64,000 nucleotides of DNA, taken from positions 93,259 to 157,258 of the forward strand of contig JAVQUC010000001.1 in NCBI GenBank assembly GCA_033580815.1. The letters run 5' to 3'. Below the pieces are notes generated by a model, which was not told where the DNA came from, ran no database searches, and was given only the letters and a program-made list of their open reading frames with translations. Made by a program: the position numbers and the translations under genes. Shown in pieces: positions 26,994-35,963 of this stretch. Numbering within the stretch: the first letter of the stretch is position 1; each line of letters starts with the position of its first letter. Origin of the DNA: Candidatus Caldarchaeum sp. (GTDB lineage: Archaea; Thermoproteota; Nitrososphaeria_A; Caldarchaeales; Caldarchaeaceae).

Positions 26994-28868
26994 CTATTCT
27001 CCCACCCTCTTCAGCGATATCACTCTGCCGGGATACCGAGTTAAAAGGTTGTGGATGTTCTTTTCATGCCCTTTTTCGAAGATAGATTTCTCAGCCCTCC
27101 GTTGAATATATGCAACCAAGTCAACTTTACCTTCCTCCAAGAGCTGGGAAACTTTTTCCTCAAAATCGCCGACTTCAACAATGTACTCGGCGTTGTACTT
27201 CTCCTTTCTAAGCGATTTGCACAAATTTTGCAGGTCTCGACTGACTTCTTGACCGACCTTGTGAAGCTCTCCTGTTTCTGCGAGATAATCTTCGACTATG
27301 CTGACGACGCTTATGTCAAAACGTCTGTCGAAAGCATGTACTATCGAGTTGTAAGCTGTGTCCATGTTTTCGTAGGGTCTAACTAGGACACCGACTTTCA
27401 TCCGATAACTCAGTGGTTCGATGAGCTCAGCCTCTTCCCGGCTTAGCACACGGGCTCCGATGGCTCTTCTGTAGGCCGCGTAGAAAAGAATTCCGAAAAC
27501 CATCCAAAGCAGTATGAGAATCCTGCCTGACGCGTGGAAAACTACCATGAGCCCAAGAACAACTATCAACCCTACTAAACCAATTAAAGGTATGACCGGA
27601 ACCTCGGTTCTAGAAAGCTTTAAGACAAGCGGAATCTTCCAGGGAGTGTAAACGGTTGTCTCGAGTTTTCTCAGCCTGAAAAAAGTCATCAACAGTATTA
27701 CATAGCTGATTACTGCGGAGAACGCGTAAACGCTTGCGAGAAGGGGTATGTCGCCGAGCAGGGAAAGCACCACTCCGAGGGCTCCGAAGAACACGATTGC
27801 TTTGACCGGGGTTCTGAAGCGAGGATGAATAACTTTTATCCATGAAGGCAGAAGGTTAAACTTTGCCATGCTAGCCGTGAGCCTCGAAACTCCCACCAGT
27901 CCCGTGTTAGACGATGAATAGCAGAGGATGAAGGCGGCTAAACCAACTAACGGCATGAACACCTCTGCGACGTAGGGATAGGTGCTGACCAGAGCATAGA
28001 CAGGGTTTTCGTACGCGGCGGCGAGCTCCTGCCAGTTCATCGAACCCATGGAAAGCACGGGAAAAGCTACTGCCGAAAAAGCCACGACCAGCACAACCAT
28101 CTTCGCGGCTTTAGGCAGAGAAAAATGAGGCCTCCTTGTTTCCTCCGCCGCTTGGGCGATTGATTCAATGCCCACGAACGAGGCCATGGCTAGGGTTACG
28201 GAGTAGAGAAAGTTGTTTACGTTCGTTGGAAGCAATTGAACATAGGCTACATCATCCTGGATGAAATCGCTACCCAAGACTCCGACTTGCCGGAGGAATA
28301 GCGATGGGTCGAACTTTAGCAGAAACCCCGAAATGAGGATTAAGGCCTCGACTGAAAGCCCGACTATCACTAAAGCCGAAACCATGAATGATGAATATCT
28401 GATGCCCAGCACATTGATCAGGACGAGTATCGAGGCGAGCAGCGCGGCTAAAAGCCCTATCGACGGAAATACGTACCCCATCAACTTAAAGTCTGGAAAC
28501 ATTAGAAAGGGGAAAAGCTGGCGCAGGTATCCGGCGGCCGCCACCGCAAAAAGTGATATACAGAGGATGTATGCGAGGAGCATCGCCCATCCAGCGACAA
28601 ATCCTATTAAACTGTTGAAGGCCTTGATGGCATATACCTGCACCCCACCAGCGTAGGGGTATGTGGGCGCCAGCTCGGCATATACCAAGCCTATGACCGC
28701 GTATATGAGCGCGGCGGCTAGAAAGCTGATCGGCGCCGCCCCCCCAGCAAACAGCGTTATGACTCCCAAGGCGATGAAAATGTTTGGTCCAACATCCCCG
28801 TAACCTAGCGCGAAGGACCCGAACCAACCAACCTCCCGTTTGTAGCCTACTTCCTTAGAATTGGGCAA
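26994..28868 (-). CDS. APC-family amino acid permease fused to a C-terminal universal stress protein (Usp) domain
   Basis: 624 aa. About 12 TM segments, then a soluble domain of about 150 aa (KVGVLVRPYEN...VDLVAYIQRR...). Confidence 0.75.
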   Translation of the reverse strand: MPNSKEVGYKREVGWFGSFALGYGDVGPNIFIALGVITLFAGGAAPISFLAAALIYAVIGLVYAELAPTYPYAGGVQVYAIKAFNSLIGFVAGWAMLLAYILCISLFAVAAAGYLRQLFPFLMFPDFKLMGYVFPSIGLLAALLASILVLINVLGIRYSSFMVSALVIVGLSVEALILISGFLLKFDPSLFLRQVGVLGSDFIQDDVAYVQLLPTNVNNFLYSVTLAMASFVGIESIAQAAEETRRPHFSLPKAAKMVVLVVAFSAVAFPVLSMGSMNWQELAAAYENPVYALVSTYPYVAEVFMPLVGLAAFILCYSSSNTGLVGVSRLTASMAKFNLLPSWIKVIHPRFRTPVKAIVFFGALGVVLSLLGDIPLLASVYAFSAVISYVILLMTFFRLRKLETTVYTPWKIPLVLKLSRTEVPVIPLIGLVGLIVVLGLMVVFHASGRILILLWMVFGILFYAAYRRAIGARVLSREEAELIEPLSYRMKVGVLVRPYENMDTAYNSIVHAFDRRFDISVVSIVEDYLAETGELHKVGQEVSRDLQNLCKSLRKEKYNAEYIVEVGDFEEKVSQLLEEGKVDLVAYIQRRAEKSIFEKGHEKNIHNLLTRYPGRVISLKRVGE

Positions 28869-28883
28869 ATGACGCCGCCGGCC

Positions 28884-29429
28884 CTAATCGGCTTCCAGCG
28901 AAAATATAAAGCAGAAAACCGTCTCGAAGAAACTGTTTAATTCAACCTTTTTTTCCAGCTTAAAACCTTTTTCGGCAGCTCTCAGCAGCAACCGGTGCGT
29001 GTCTCCAAGAGAAGAATTTGTTAGAAACAGACGTCCCTTTGGCTTCAAGACTTCTACGGCGGCGTCGATGATTTTGAGACCGGTTTCGACTCCGGAAGGC
29101 CCCCCGTGAATTGCCGGGTCGAAGAATTGTTCGTCAGTGGGTAGGTAAGGGGGGTTCGAAACCACCGTGTCGAAGCAGGCTTTTCTAAAGGGTAGCGTCG
29201 AGCTGTTTATAAGGTGGACTTTACCGTACTCGCTGGACAAATTTCTTTTAGCTTGCTCGAGCGAGGTCCAGTCGATGTCGGTCCCTATTACTTCGCCAGT
29301 CTTTCCCAACAATGCCTTCAACACATGTCCTGGACCGCATCCGACCTCTGCCGCGAGACCCACTTCGTACTCTAACACGGTGTCGATTGTCAGGAAGGTG
29401 TCTTCCCTTGGCTCGTACGGCTCCATCAT
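28884..29429 (-). CDS. HemK/Mtq2-like SAM-dependent methyltransferase (N5-glutamine type)
   Basis: 181 aa with YEPREDTFL, SAM motif EVGCGPG and catalytic NPPYLP. Confidence 0.75.
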   Translation of the reverse strand: MMEPYEPREDTFLTIDTVLEYEVGLAAEVGCGPGHVLKALLGKTGEVIGTDIDWTSLEQAKRNLSSEYGKVHLINSSTLPFRKACFDTVVSNPPYLPTDEQFFDPAIHGGPSGVETGLKIIDAAVEVLKPKGRLFLTNSSLGDTHRLLLRAAEKGFKLEKKVELNSFFETVFCFIFSLEAD

Positions 29430-30715
29430 GGATATGTTCGCGTAGGTGTTCGGGGAAACATCGCCGCCGTCCTAATATTTTTTAGCCCCAGAAGCCATTG
29501 AATCAGCCTTTCGACCCCGAGTCCAAACCCGCAATGTGGAACACTTCCAAATTTGCGCAGGTCAAGATACCATTTATAATCGTCTGGGTTCAAGCCTTCT
29601 TCCTTGATTCTACCGAGAAGCTCCTCGTAGTCGTGAATTCTTTGACCTCCGCCGACAATCTCACCATACCCCTCGGGAGCCAAAAGGTCGCTTGAGAGAG
29701 TTACCTCGGGGTTTGTTGGGTCAGGCATGTGGTAAAAGGCTTTGGCCTTTTTCGGAAAATGGGTTAGGAAAAAGGGCTTTTCAAATTCCATGGTAAGAAC
29801 TCTCTCTTCGTCGGCTCCAAGGTCGGAACCCCATTCGACTTGAACACCTTTAGACTCGAGAATATCAAGCGCCTCCGAATACCTGACCCTCTGGTACGGC
29901 GGCTCAAGGATCTCCAGCTTTCTACTTTTTCCCAGTATCTCCAACTCCCTCCCAGAATTTCTGATTGCTTCTATACTCGCCTCCCCCACCAGCTGTTCGA
30001 CCGTCTTCATCAAATCATCGAGACCAGCGAACGCCATCTCCCCCTCGACATGCCAGAATTCCGTTAAGTGTCTCCTTGTTTTGCTTCTTTCAGCTCTAAA
30101 ACTGGGCTGAACGCTGTAAACCTTTTCTAGGCTGTAAATAGCTGCCTCCTGGTAAAACTGGACGCTTTGGGTCAGGTAGACCTCCCTCCCGAAATAGTCC
30201 ACTTTAAAGAGTGTCGCCCCCCCTTCAACCGCCGCGGTTATGAAAGTGGGGCAGTGGATTTCGACGAAACCATGCTCGTCAAACCATTTGCGAAGGCATT
30301 TCACTATGTTTGAGCGGAATCGGTAGAGGGCGGCGGCTTTAGGGCTTCTGATGGCTAAATGCTTGTTTTCGCTAAGAAAACGCGCCCCTACACCTTTCTT
30401 AATGGGAAATTCCTCGAAAGAAGGCGATATCAACTTGAAGGAATTTGCCCTCACTTCAGCACCTCCCGGCGCTCTCGCGTCATGAACAACGACCCCGTCG
30501 ACCGAGATGGCCGCCTCCCTTCCCGCTCCGACTGCAGACTGAAACTCCGCCTCCGGCAATTCCTGAGACCTTAGCGTCACCTGAACCGTACCAGAGCCGT
30601 CCCGAAGGTCAATGAACAAAAGCTTACCGTGAAGCCTTTTTGAACGTATCCAACCCCGTAGGCAAACCCTTGACCCCTCTGCCATTTCAAAGACATCCTT
30701 TGTTTGGACGAACAT
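29426..30715 (-). CDS. asnS: class IIb aminoacyl-tRNA synthetase, AsnRS-like (AspRS not excluded)
   Basis: 429 aa. OB anticodon-binding domain. Motif 2 FRAERSKTRRHLTEFWHVEGEMAF (EFW..E.E favours AsnRS). Motif 3 GFGLGVERL. Confidence 0.65.
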   Translation of the reverse strand: MFVQTKDVFEMAEGSRVCLRGWIRSKRLHGKLLFIDLRDGSGTVQVTLRSQELPEAEFQSAVGAGREAAISVDGVVVHDARAPGGAEVRANSFKLISPSFEEFPIKKGVGARFLSENKHLAIRSPKAAALYRFRSNIVKCLRKWFDEHGFVEIHCPTFITAAVEGGATLFKVDYFGREVYLTQSVQFYQEAAIYSLEKVYSVQPSFRAERSKTRRHLTEFWHVEGEMAFAGLDDLMKTVEQLVGEASIEAIRNSGRELEILGKSRKLEILEPPYQRVRYSEALDILESKGVQVEWGSDLGADEERVLTMEFEKPFFLTHFPKKAKAFYHMPDPTNPEVTLSSDLLAPEGYGEIVGGGQRIHDYEELLGRIKEEGLNPDDYKWYLDLRKFGSVPHCGFGLGVERLIQWLLGLKNIRTAAMFPRTPTRTYP

Positions 30716-30748
30716 GCCAATCCACGGACCTTTTCCCGGTATATAGGG

Positions 30749-31072
30749 CTACATGATTATTGTTCCCTCTTTCACATCCCTCTCCGGGACCACGGGAACT
30801 ATCCTGTCCTCGCTTTCGACGGCCGTCAGCAACATCGCTTCGGATACCTCACCCCTTATTTTTCGGGTCTCCAAGTTTGTAACGAAAACAAATTGCTTCC
30901 CCACGAAATGCTCCGGCTGATACAGAGCCGCAAGACCCGTCAAAACCTGTTTCTGTGTCTCGCCGAAAGAGACCTTCAGCTTCAGCAGCTTGTCCGAGCC
31001 CTTGACCCTCTCCGCGTGAAGAACTTTCCCGACCTTCATCTCAACTTTCTTGAACTCGTTGATTGATATCAT
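30749..31072 (-). CDS. tRNA-binding domain protein (CsaA/Trbp111-like)
   Basis: Homology starts at MISINEFKKVEMKVGKVLHAE (ATG 31072) and includes GSDKLLKLKVSFGE. A TATA-like AATAAAAATTA lies about 29 nt upstream. Confidence 0.75.
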   Translation of the reverse strand: MISINEFKKVEMKVGKVLHAERVKGSDKLLKLKVSFGETQKQVLTGLAALYQPEHFVGKQFVFVTNLETRKIRGEVSEAMLLTAVESEDRIVPVVPERDVKEGTIIM

Positions 31073-31179
31073 GGCCGATATCACTGAAAAAGCACTAATA
31101 AAAATTATGCACAAAGATTTTCTACAATTTTTTCAGAAAATTTTTTAAGCACGCCAACATATTTTTCAACGAAGGAAAA

Positions 31180-31299
31180 ATGGCGAAGAAGAAAACCGCG
31201 AAGAAAGCTGCTAAAAAGAAGACGGCGAAAAAGGCTAAGAAAGCGAAAAAAGAGCCAGCGCCACCTGCTACGGAGGCTCCGCCGGCAGGAGCAGCTTAA
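31180..31299 (+). CDS. candidate micro-ORF encoding a Lys/Ala-rich (histone-H1-tail-like) basic peptide
   Basis: 39 codons: MAKKKTAKKAAKKKTAKKAKKAKKEPAPPATEAPPAGAA. Synonymous third-position variation occurs in Ala/Lys/Pro codons. TTTTTAA box at 31142-31148 and a GAAGGA purine stretch precede the ATG. Confidence 0.4.
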   Translation: MAKKKTAKKAAKKKTAKKAKKAKKEPAPPATEAPPAGAA

Positions 31300-31323
31300 T
31301 CGTTCTAAAATCCATACCTTTTT

Positions 31324-31899
31324 TTAGTCTTCGGAAGACCATTCCCAGAATCTTCTCCTCACGAGCGGTTCTCGCACCATGGGTTTCGGTCTGAATGCTT
31401 CGGCGATGAACGATGTAACAACCGCTGCGGATAACGGTAGGATGAACAAGAAAGCAAAGTCTAGCGGCCCGTCGAGAATCATCTGCTGGGCGAGTTTTCC
31501 GATGTAATTTTCCCAGTTTATGGCGTTGGGGATTTTGGGCAGTGTGTATATCGCGAGCCCGATGACAGCAAGATAGGTCAAAGTCGATGTTATCAGGGGT
31601 GGAATGATGGATTCCTTTGTTTTCTGCGTGAGCATGCCTATGGAAACTCCTGCGAGAATCCATGCCGTGAGTGGCCAAAGTCCGAGAAAGACCGGGGTTG
31701 CGTTGGGTGGCACGTAGGTTGATGTTCCAACAGCCGAGGAAAGAGGAGTTAAAAGCGTTGAAAGTGATGAAAGAATCACCGCGAAGATGATGGTTTGGTA
31801 CCCGGTCGTAGGAAGGGTTTGAAGGATGTCGCGGGCCATAAGCCCTCCAAAGACCATTAACACTGACATCGCTGTCATGGTTGCCGCGAAACTTCTCAT
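31324..31899 (-). CDS. hypothetical integral membrane protein
   Basis: 191 aa, 5-6 predicted hydrophobic helices, no recognisable motif. Confidence 0.5.
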   Translation of the reverse strand: MRSFAATMTAMSVLMVFGGLMARDILQTLPTTGYQTIIFAVILSSLSTLLTPLSSAVGTSTYVPPNATPVFLGLWPLTAWILAGVSIGMLTQKTKESIIPPLITSTLTYLAVIGLAIYTLPKIPNAINWENYIGKLAQQMILDGPLDFAFLFILPLSAAVVTSFIAEAFRPKPMVREPLVRRRFWEWSSED

Positions 31900-31975
31900 G
31901 GACGTCGTCTTGATTGGTTCGATAAAAGCGTGATTTACGCTTTCTTCGCCGTGTTTTTCGGATAATAATTGGATG

Positions 31976-33556
31976 TTATGCGGTAAATACTTTCCTTGAG
32001 CTGTGGAACAGTTTTTCGACGGTCGAGAGGGTGTCGATTTCGTGAGGTTGTTTGTCGAGCCTTATTGCCTTGACCCGAGCTAATCGGAGGGCGTATCCGC
32101 TGGAATAATGGGGGCTCCTTTGAATCTCGTTGTACTCTACTTCCAGCACTATTCTTGGTTCCACCATCACACCCCAATCCGTGTCTCTGGTTTTGATACT
32201 CAGCAGGAGTTCGGTCATTTTGCGGAACTCCTGGTCAGTCAACCCTTTGAAAGTTTTCCCGACTGGAACAAACTGGCCCGTCTTTTCGTCCAAAACCGCC
32301 AAATGGTAGTTGCTGAGCCATCCCTCTCTCCTTCCGTGCCCCCATTCAGCGGCCACCACCACGACGTCGAGGGTCTGGGCCGGCTTAATCTTCAGCCAGT
32401 AGCCGCCTCTTCTTCCGGGTGTGTAGGGGCTTTCTGGGGACTTGGCCATCAAGCCTTCATAACCGTTTTTCAGCCAGTCTTGAAGCTTCTCGGCTATTGT
32501 CTCAGTGTTTTCGGCTACAACAACCGTGTTTACGAGAGATGAATCCACCGCCGACTCGAGACGTGTGCGGCGCTCATGCAACGGCTTCGACCAAAGGTCT
32601 TCGCCGTTGAGATGAATGATGTCGAAAAACTTTACCCTCAACCGGAGCTCCTTAAGAGCCTGTTCAACGTCTTTTTCTCTTCCGATTCTTCGCATGGTTT
32701 CCTGGAAACGTGTAGGACGACCATCCTCGTCAACACAGTAAGCTTCTCCGTCGATGATGGCCGAGTCAGCCTCTACTTTCTCTTGTACGGCTTCAACTAC
32801 GTCCGGCACAGAACGGGTTATGTCTTTAAGACCACGGGAGAAAACCCTTATTCCCCCGTTTTTCACGTGGGCCTGAACTCTTACGCCGTCTATTTTCGGT
32901 TCTATGTAGACCGGGAATCCTAGCTTGTCACGAACATCCTCCAAACGGTAGGCATATTCCGCGAGCATTGGCTTTAACGGGTTGAACACTTCCAAACGAA
33001 CATCCCCAAGTTTTCGCTCGAGAGCTTTCTTTACGAGCTCGCCAAGGTCTGCCAGCAGCATGTCAGCCGTCCTAACCATCTCTACGGGCAGGTGCGAGTA
33101 TTCGGCCAGAGCCTCGAGCAAGAGACCAGCACTCACCCCATGTCTCATCTCACCCGTCAACATGCGCAAAATCCATTTCCTTTCGAGCTCGTCACACCGA
33201 ATAAGCAGATTAGAGAGAAGAAGTTTTCGTCTTTCGACCGACCCCGGTCCGGCTGTTTTCATAATTTTCTGTAGCGTATCCCATACATCGACAACGGTAA
33301 GCGGCTCCAAATCATGCAGAGGAGCTTGTTTCTCTGCATATGCTTTGAACAGCGTCGATGGCCCGACGTTGGTACCGATTTTCCTAATTCCCGAAGTCAT
33401 GCCGACCAGTAGGAAACCGACGGCCTTGGCTTCGTCAAATTCAGCTGATGAAAAGCTCCGCAGAAACTCAACCACGAGAGATATTTTTTCAGTTCGCGAC
33501 CTGGTTTTCTCTAACCTCTCGCAAAGCACAGCAAGCTCTTTAAATTTTTTGGCCAT
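31976..33556 (-). CDS. lig: ATP-dependent DNA ligase
   Basis: 526 aa. Adenylation motif I EPKIDGVRVQ, plus EGLMAK and an OB-fold C-terminal domain. Confidence 0.9.
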   Translation of the reverse strand: MAKKFKELAVLCERLEKTRSRTEKISLVVEFLRSFSSAEFDEAKAVGFLLVGMTSGIRKIGTNVGPSTLFKAYAEKQAPLHDLEPLTVVDVWDTLQKIMKTAGPGSVERRKLLLSNLLIRCDELERKWILRMLTGEMRHGVSAGLLLEALAEYSHLPVEMVRTADMLLADLGELVKKALERKLGDVRLEVFNPLKPMLAEYAYRLEDVRDKLGFPVYIEPKIDGVRVQAHVKNGGIRVFSRGLKDITRSVPDVVEAVQEKVEADSAIIDGEAYCVDEDGRPTRFQETMRRIGREKDVEQALKELRLRVKFFDIIHLNGEDLWSKPLHERRTRLESAVDSSLVNTVVVAENTETIAEKLQDWLKNGYEGLMAKSPESPYTPGRRGGYWLKIKPAQTLDVVVVAAEWGHGRREGWLSNYHLAVLDEKTGQFVPVGKTFKGLTDQEFRKMTELLLSIKTRDTDWGVMVEPRIVLEVEYNEIQRSPHYSSGYALRLARVKAIRLDKQPHEIDTLSTVEKLFHSSRKVFTA

Positions 33557-33558
33557 TC

Positions 33559-33990
33559 TTAATCGATTTGAATTTTAACACCCTTTGGACGAGCGATTTC
33601 AGCTTTCAGAAAGAGGATGCCGGATTCGTATTTAGCCTCTATCTTTGAGGGGTCGATCGACCGCGGCAGACTAATGGTTCTTCTGTAACCCCTTCCGTGG
33701 CCGAATGGATACAGTCGGCTATATTCTTGGGACGGCGTCATATAATCCGCCGTTATGGTTATCGTTGATTCGTCCGCTCGGAGGTCGATTGTCTCCTTTG
33801 CGCATCCTGGCATCTCCAATACGAGGTAGACATGTGTGGGCGTGACCGTCATGTCAACCCTCGGTCGGCGATATTCGCCTACGAAAGGCTCGAATGCTTG
33901 AATGGACTGGTCGAGGACGTCTCTTACCCTGTTCTCTATTTCCCTGCCGAGCCGGGTGAAGAATTCATCCCAGTCTGAGCTTCTGTCCAT
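33559..33990 (-). CDS. hsp20: Hsp20/alpha-crystallin small heat-shock protein
   Basis: 143 aa with the ACD pattern YLVLEMPG...YRRTISLPRSIDPSKIEAKYESGILFL. Confidence 0.85.
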   Translation of the reverse strand: MDRSSDWDEFFTRLGREIENRVRDVLDQSIQAFEPFVGEYRRPRVDMTVTPTHVYLVLEMPGCAKETIDLRADESTITITADYMTPSQEYSRLYPFGHGRGYRRTISLPRSIDPSKIEAKYESGILFLKAEIARPKGVKIQID

Positions 33991-34056
33991 GGGGGAGTAA
34001 ACGCGGTAACCGTATTTAAATCTAGGAAGCTATAAAAAGGGAGAAGCAGCTGTTTC

Positions 34057-34818
34057 TTGAGCTTGGTCAAATGCAACCTCTGCGGAGTAGATGAAATGCT
34101 CCCCTTCCGGTGCAGCTACTGCGGGCTCGCCTTCTGCTCAGCTCATCGTCTCCCCGAAAACCATCAATGCGTCGGAGTTACGTGGGCCAAAAGTCCCGAG
34201 GAAATCCGAATAAGAGCGGCGTTGAGAACCTACGGGCGTGAATCAAAGCCCCAACTATCCTTCAGTAGGACGGAGGTCATTCATCTTCTTGTGGCAACGG
34301 CTGCTGTTTGTCTGGCCGGTTTCGGATTTTTGGGTTTCATCTTTGTGTCACCTACATCAACGGCGTTTCTCGTGGCGGGTTTCGCGGTTTCTTTCGTCGG
34401 TCACGAGCTCGCCCACAAATTCATGGGCTTGAGGCGCGGGTTAGCGGCGGAATTCCGGGTTTTTCCCGCAGGGTTGTTTGTGACCCTGCTCACGGCGATT
34501 TTGCCCGTCCCTTTTAAAGTAATCATGCCCGGCGCCGTCATGATACGAGGAATGGCTACTCAGAAAACGATAGGTGAAATAGCGGCGGCTGGTCCTGTGT
34601 TCAACCTAATACTCGCGATAGCTGCTTTCACGATGGCCAAGCTGCTGTCAAACCCGGTGCTGGAGGCAATAGCGTCGGTAAACTCGTTCCTGATGTTTTT
34701 TAACATGCTCCCCATACCTCCGCTCGACGGCGAGAAAGTTTTTGCGTGGAGATGGAAAAATTGGGCTGTGATATTTGGTATCTCCTTGGTTTTGATGACG
34801 GCAATCCAGCTAATGTAG
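34057..34818 (+). CDS. AN1-type zinc finger fused to an M50/site-2-protease-like membrane metalloprotease
   Basis: 253 aa. AN1 finger CNLCG..FRCSYCGLAFCSAHRLPENHQC, then TM helices carrying HELAHK and NMLPIPPLDG. Confidence 0.75.
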   Translation: MSLVKCNLCGVDEMLPFRCSYCGLAFCSAHRLPENHQCVGVTWAKSPEEIRIRAALRTYGRESKPQLSFSRTEVIHLLVATAAVCLAGFGFLGFIFVSPTSTAFLVAGFAVSFVGHELAHKFMGLRRGLAAEFRVFPAGLFVTLLTAILPVPFKVIMPGAVMIRGMATQKTIGEIAAAGPVFNLILAIAAFTMAKLLSNPVLEAIASVNSFLMFFNMLPIPPLDGEKVFAWRWKNWAVIFGISLVLMTAIQLM

Positions 34819-35559
34819 AAAACCCGATGAAATCATCCATATCCCGATTAAAGAGAAACCTGTAACGATGATGTTTCTCAACTGTTTATCGGGCAGCGCT
34901 ATTTCGATTCTACTCCCGACCATGCCTCCCACAAAACCAGCTAAAGCACCCGCAAGGAAATAAACTGGCTCAAAAAACCCGAGGGATATGTATGAAGTTA
35001 TTCCTGCTGCTGCGTTAAACATCGTGACGAACTGGCTCAGGCCCACGGATTCGTGCGGCCCCATCCTGCCCCAAATCATAAACATCGGAGTCATGATTAT
35101 CCCGCCACCAACTCCCAGCAACGCTGAAAGGAAACCAGCGGCCAAAACAGTTGAACCGACTTTGAATGCCTCAGGCTGTTGGATATGGTTTCCACGCCGA
35201 CTTTGGCCGACAATTTTTACAAGAAACGCTGACGTCAGAAGAAAGAAACCGAACAACTGTTTGAAGACCCCTGCGTCAAGAATCATTCCAACGTAAGATC
35301 CTAAGACTGCCGCCGGAACCGCCACAATCGCTAGCCAAAAATTTGATTTCGGCTTGAGCATATTCTTTGAAGCCCTAGTCCATGTGGCCGAAACGGAGTT
35401 GGACAGAACCATCGAAAGGCTCGTAGGAACGGCGGTGTTGTGGGGGATTGACAAGAGGTTTGTGGAAACCGGGACGAAGACGAATCCGCCGCCCACCCCT
35501 AGAACGGAGCCGGCCGAGGACGCTAAAAAGGCCAAAAGAAGGACGAAGAGCTCAATCAT
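34810..35559 (-). CDS. TauE/SafE family sulfite/anion exporter
   Basis: 249 aa, about 7-8 TM, with the duplicated GVGGG motif typical of TauE. Confidence 0.7.
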   Translation of the reverse strand: MIELFVLLLAFLASSAGSVLGVGGGFVFVPVSTNLLSIPHNTAVPTSLSMVLSNSVSATWTRASKNMLKPKSNFWLAIVAVPAAVLGSYVGMILDAGVFKQLFGFFLLTSAFLVKIVGQSRRGNHIQQPEAFKVGSTVLAAGFLSALLGVGGGIIMTPMFMIWGRMGPHESVGLSQFVTMFNAAAGITSYISLGFFEPVYFLAGALAGFVGGMVGSRIEIALPDKQLRNIIVTGFSLIGIWMISSGFLH

Positions 35560-35639
35560 GGACCACTTTCAGCCCCTGACAGAGGCAAATTTAATTATAT
35601 TTCGAGATTTATATAAAAGGGGAGATGAGGAAAACCAGG

Positions 35640-35963
35640 ATGACGTCAAAGCAGCCGACGCGACCTCGATCCGAAAGAACACGGGTGTACAGATACCGTG
35701 TGATGTTGCTGGAGGAGCCGCCTGAATCCCTTGACGGGTTTAAGATTTTCGGAATTGAGATCAAGCTAGGCAAGGGACGTCATGTTGACTTCCCCCCTGA
35801 TGCACGCGTGCTCAACGTCGAAACTACTCAGGAACCTTTACCCATGGATGTAGAGGTCAACGCCAAGTACCAGAGGACGGACAACCGTACAACCATCGTC
35901 AGGAGACGGTCTCTGCTTTTCAAAATGGAGAGGCTTGAAAGCTCTACTTCGGCTGTTGCTTAA
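35640..35963 (+). CDS. hypothetical protein
   Basis: Track ORF is 35625-35963. TTTATATAAAA at 35609-35619 favours a leaderless start at ATG 35640 (MTSKQPTRPR...). No recognisable motifs. The 3' end overlaps aIF2-alpha by 20 nt, convergently. Confidence 0.4.
   Translation: MTSKQPTRPRSERTRVYRYRVMLLEEPPESLDGFKIFGIEIKLGKGRHVDFPPDARVLNVETTQEPLPMDVEVNAKYQRTDNRTTIVRRRSLLFKMERLESSTSAVA

Noticed and set aside
32982-33578. 198-aa plus-strand ORF
   Set aside because: It is antisense to the DNA ligase gene and has Ser/Arg-rich shadow-frame composition.
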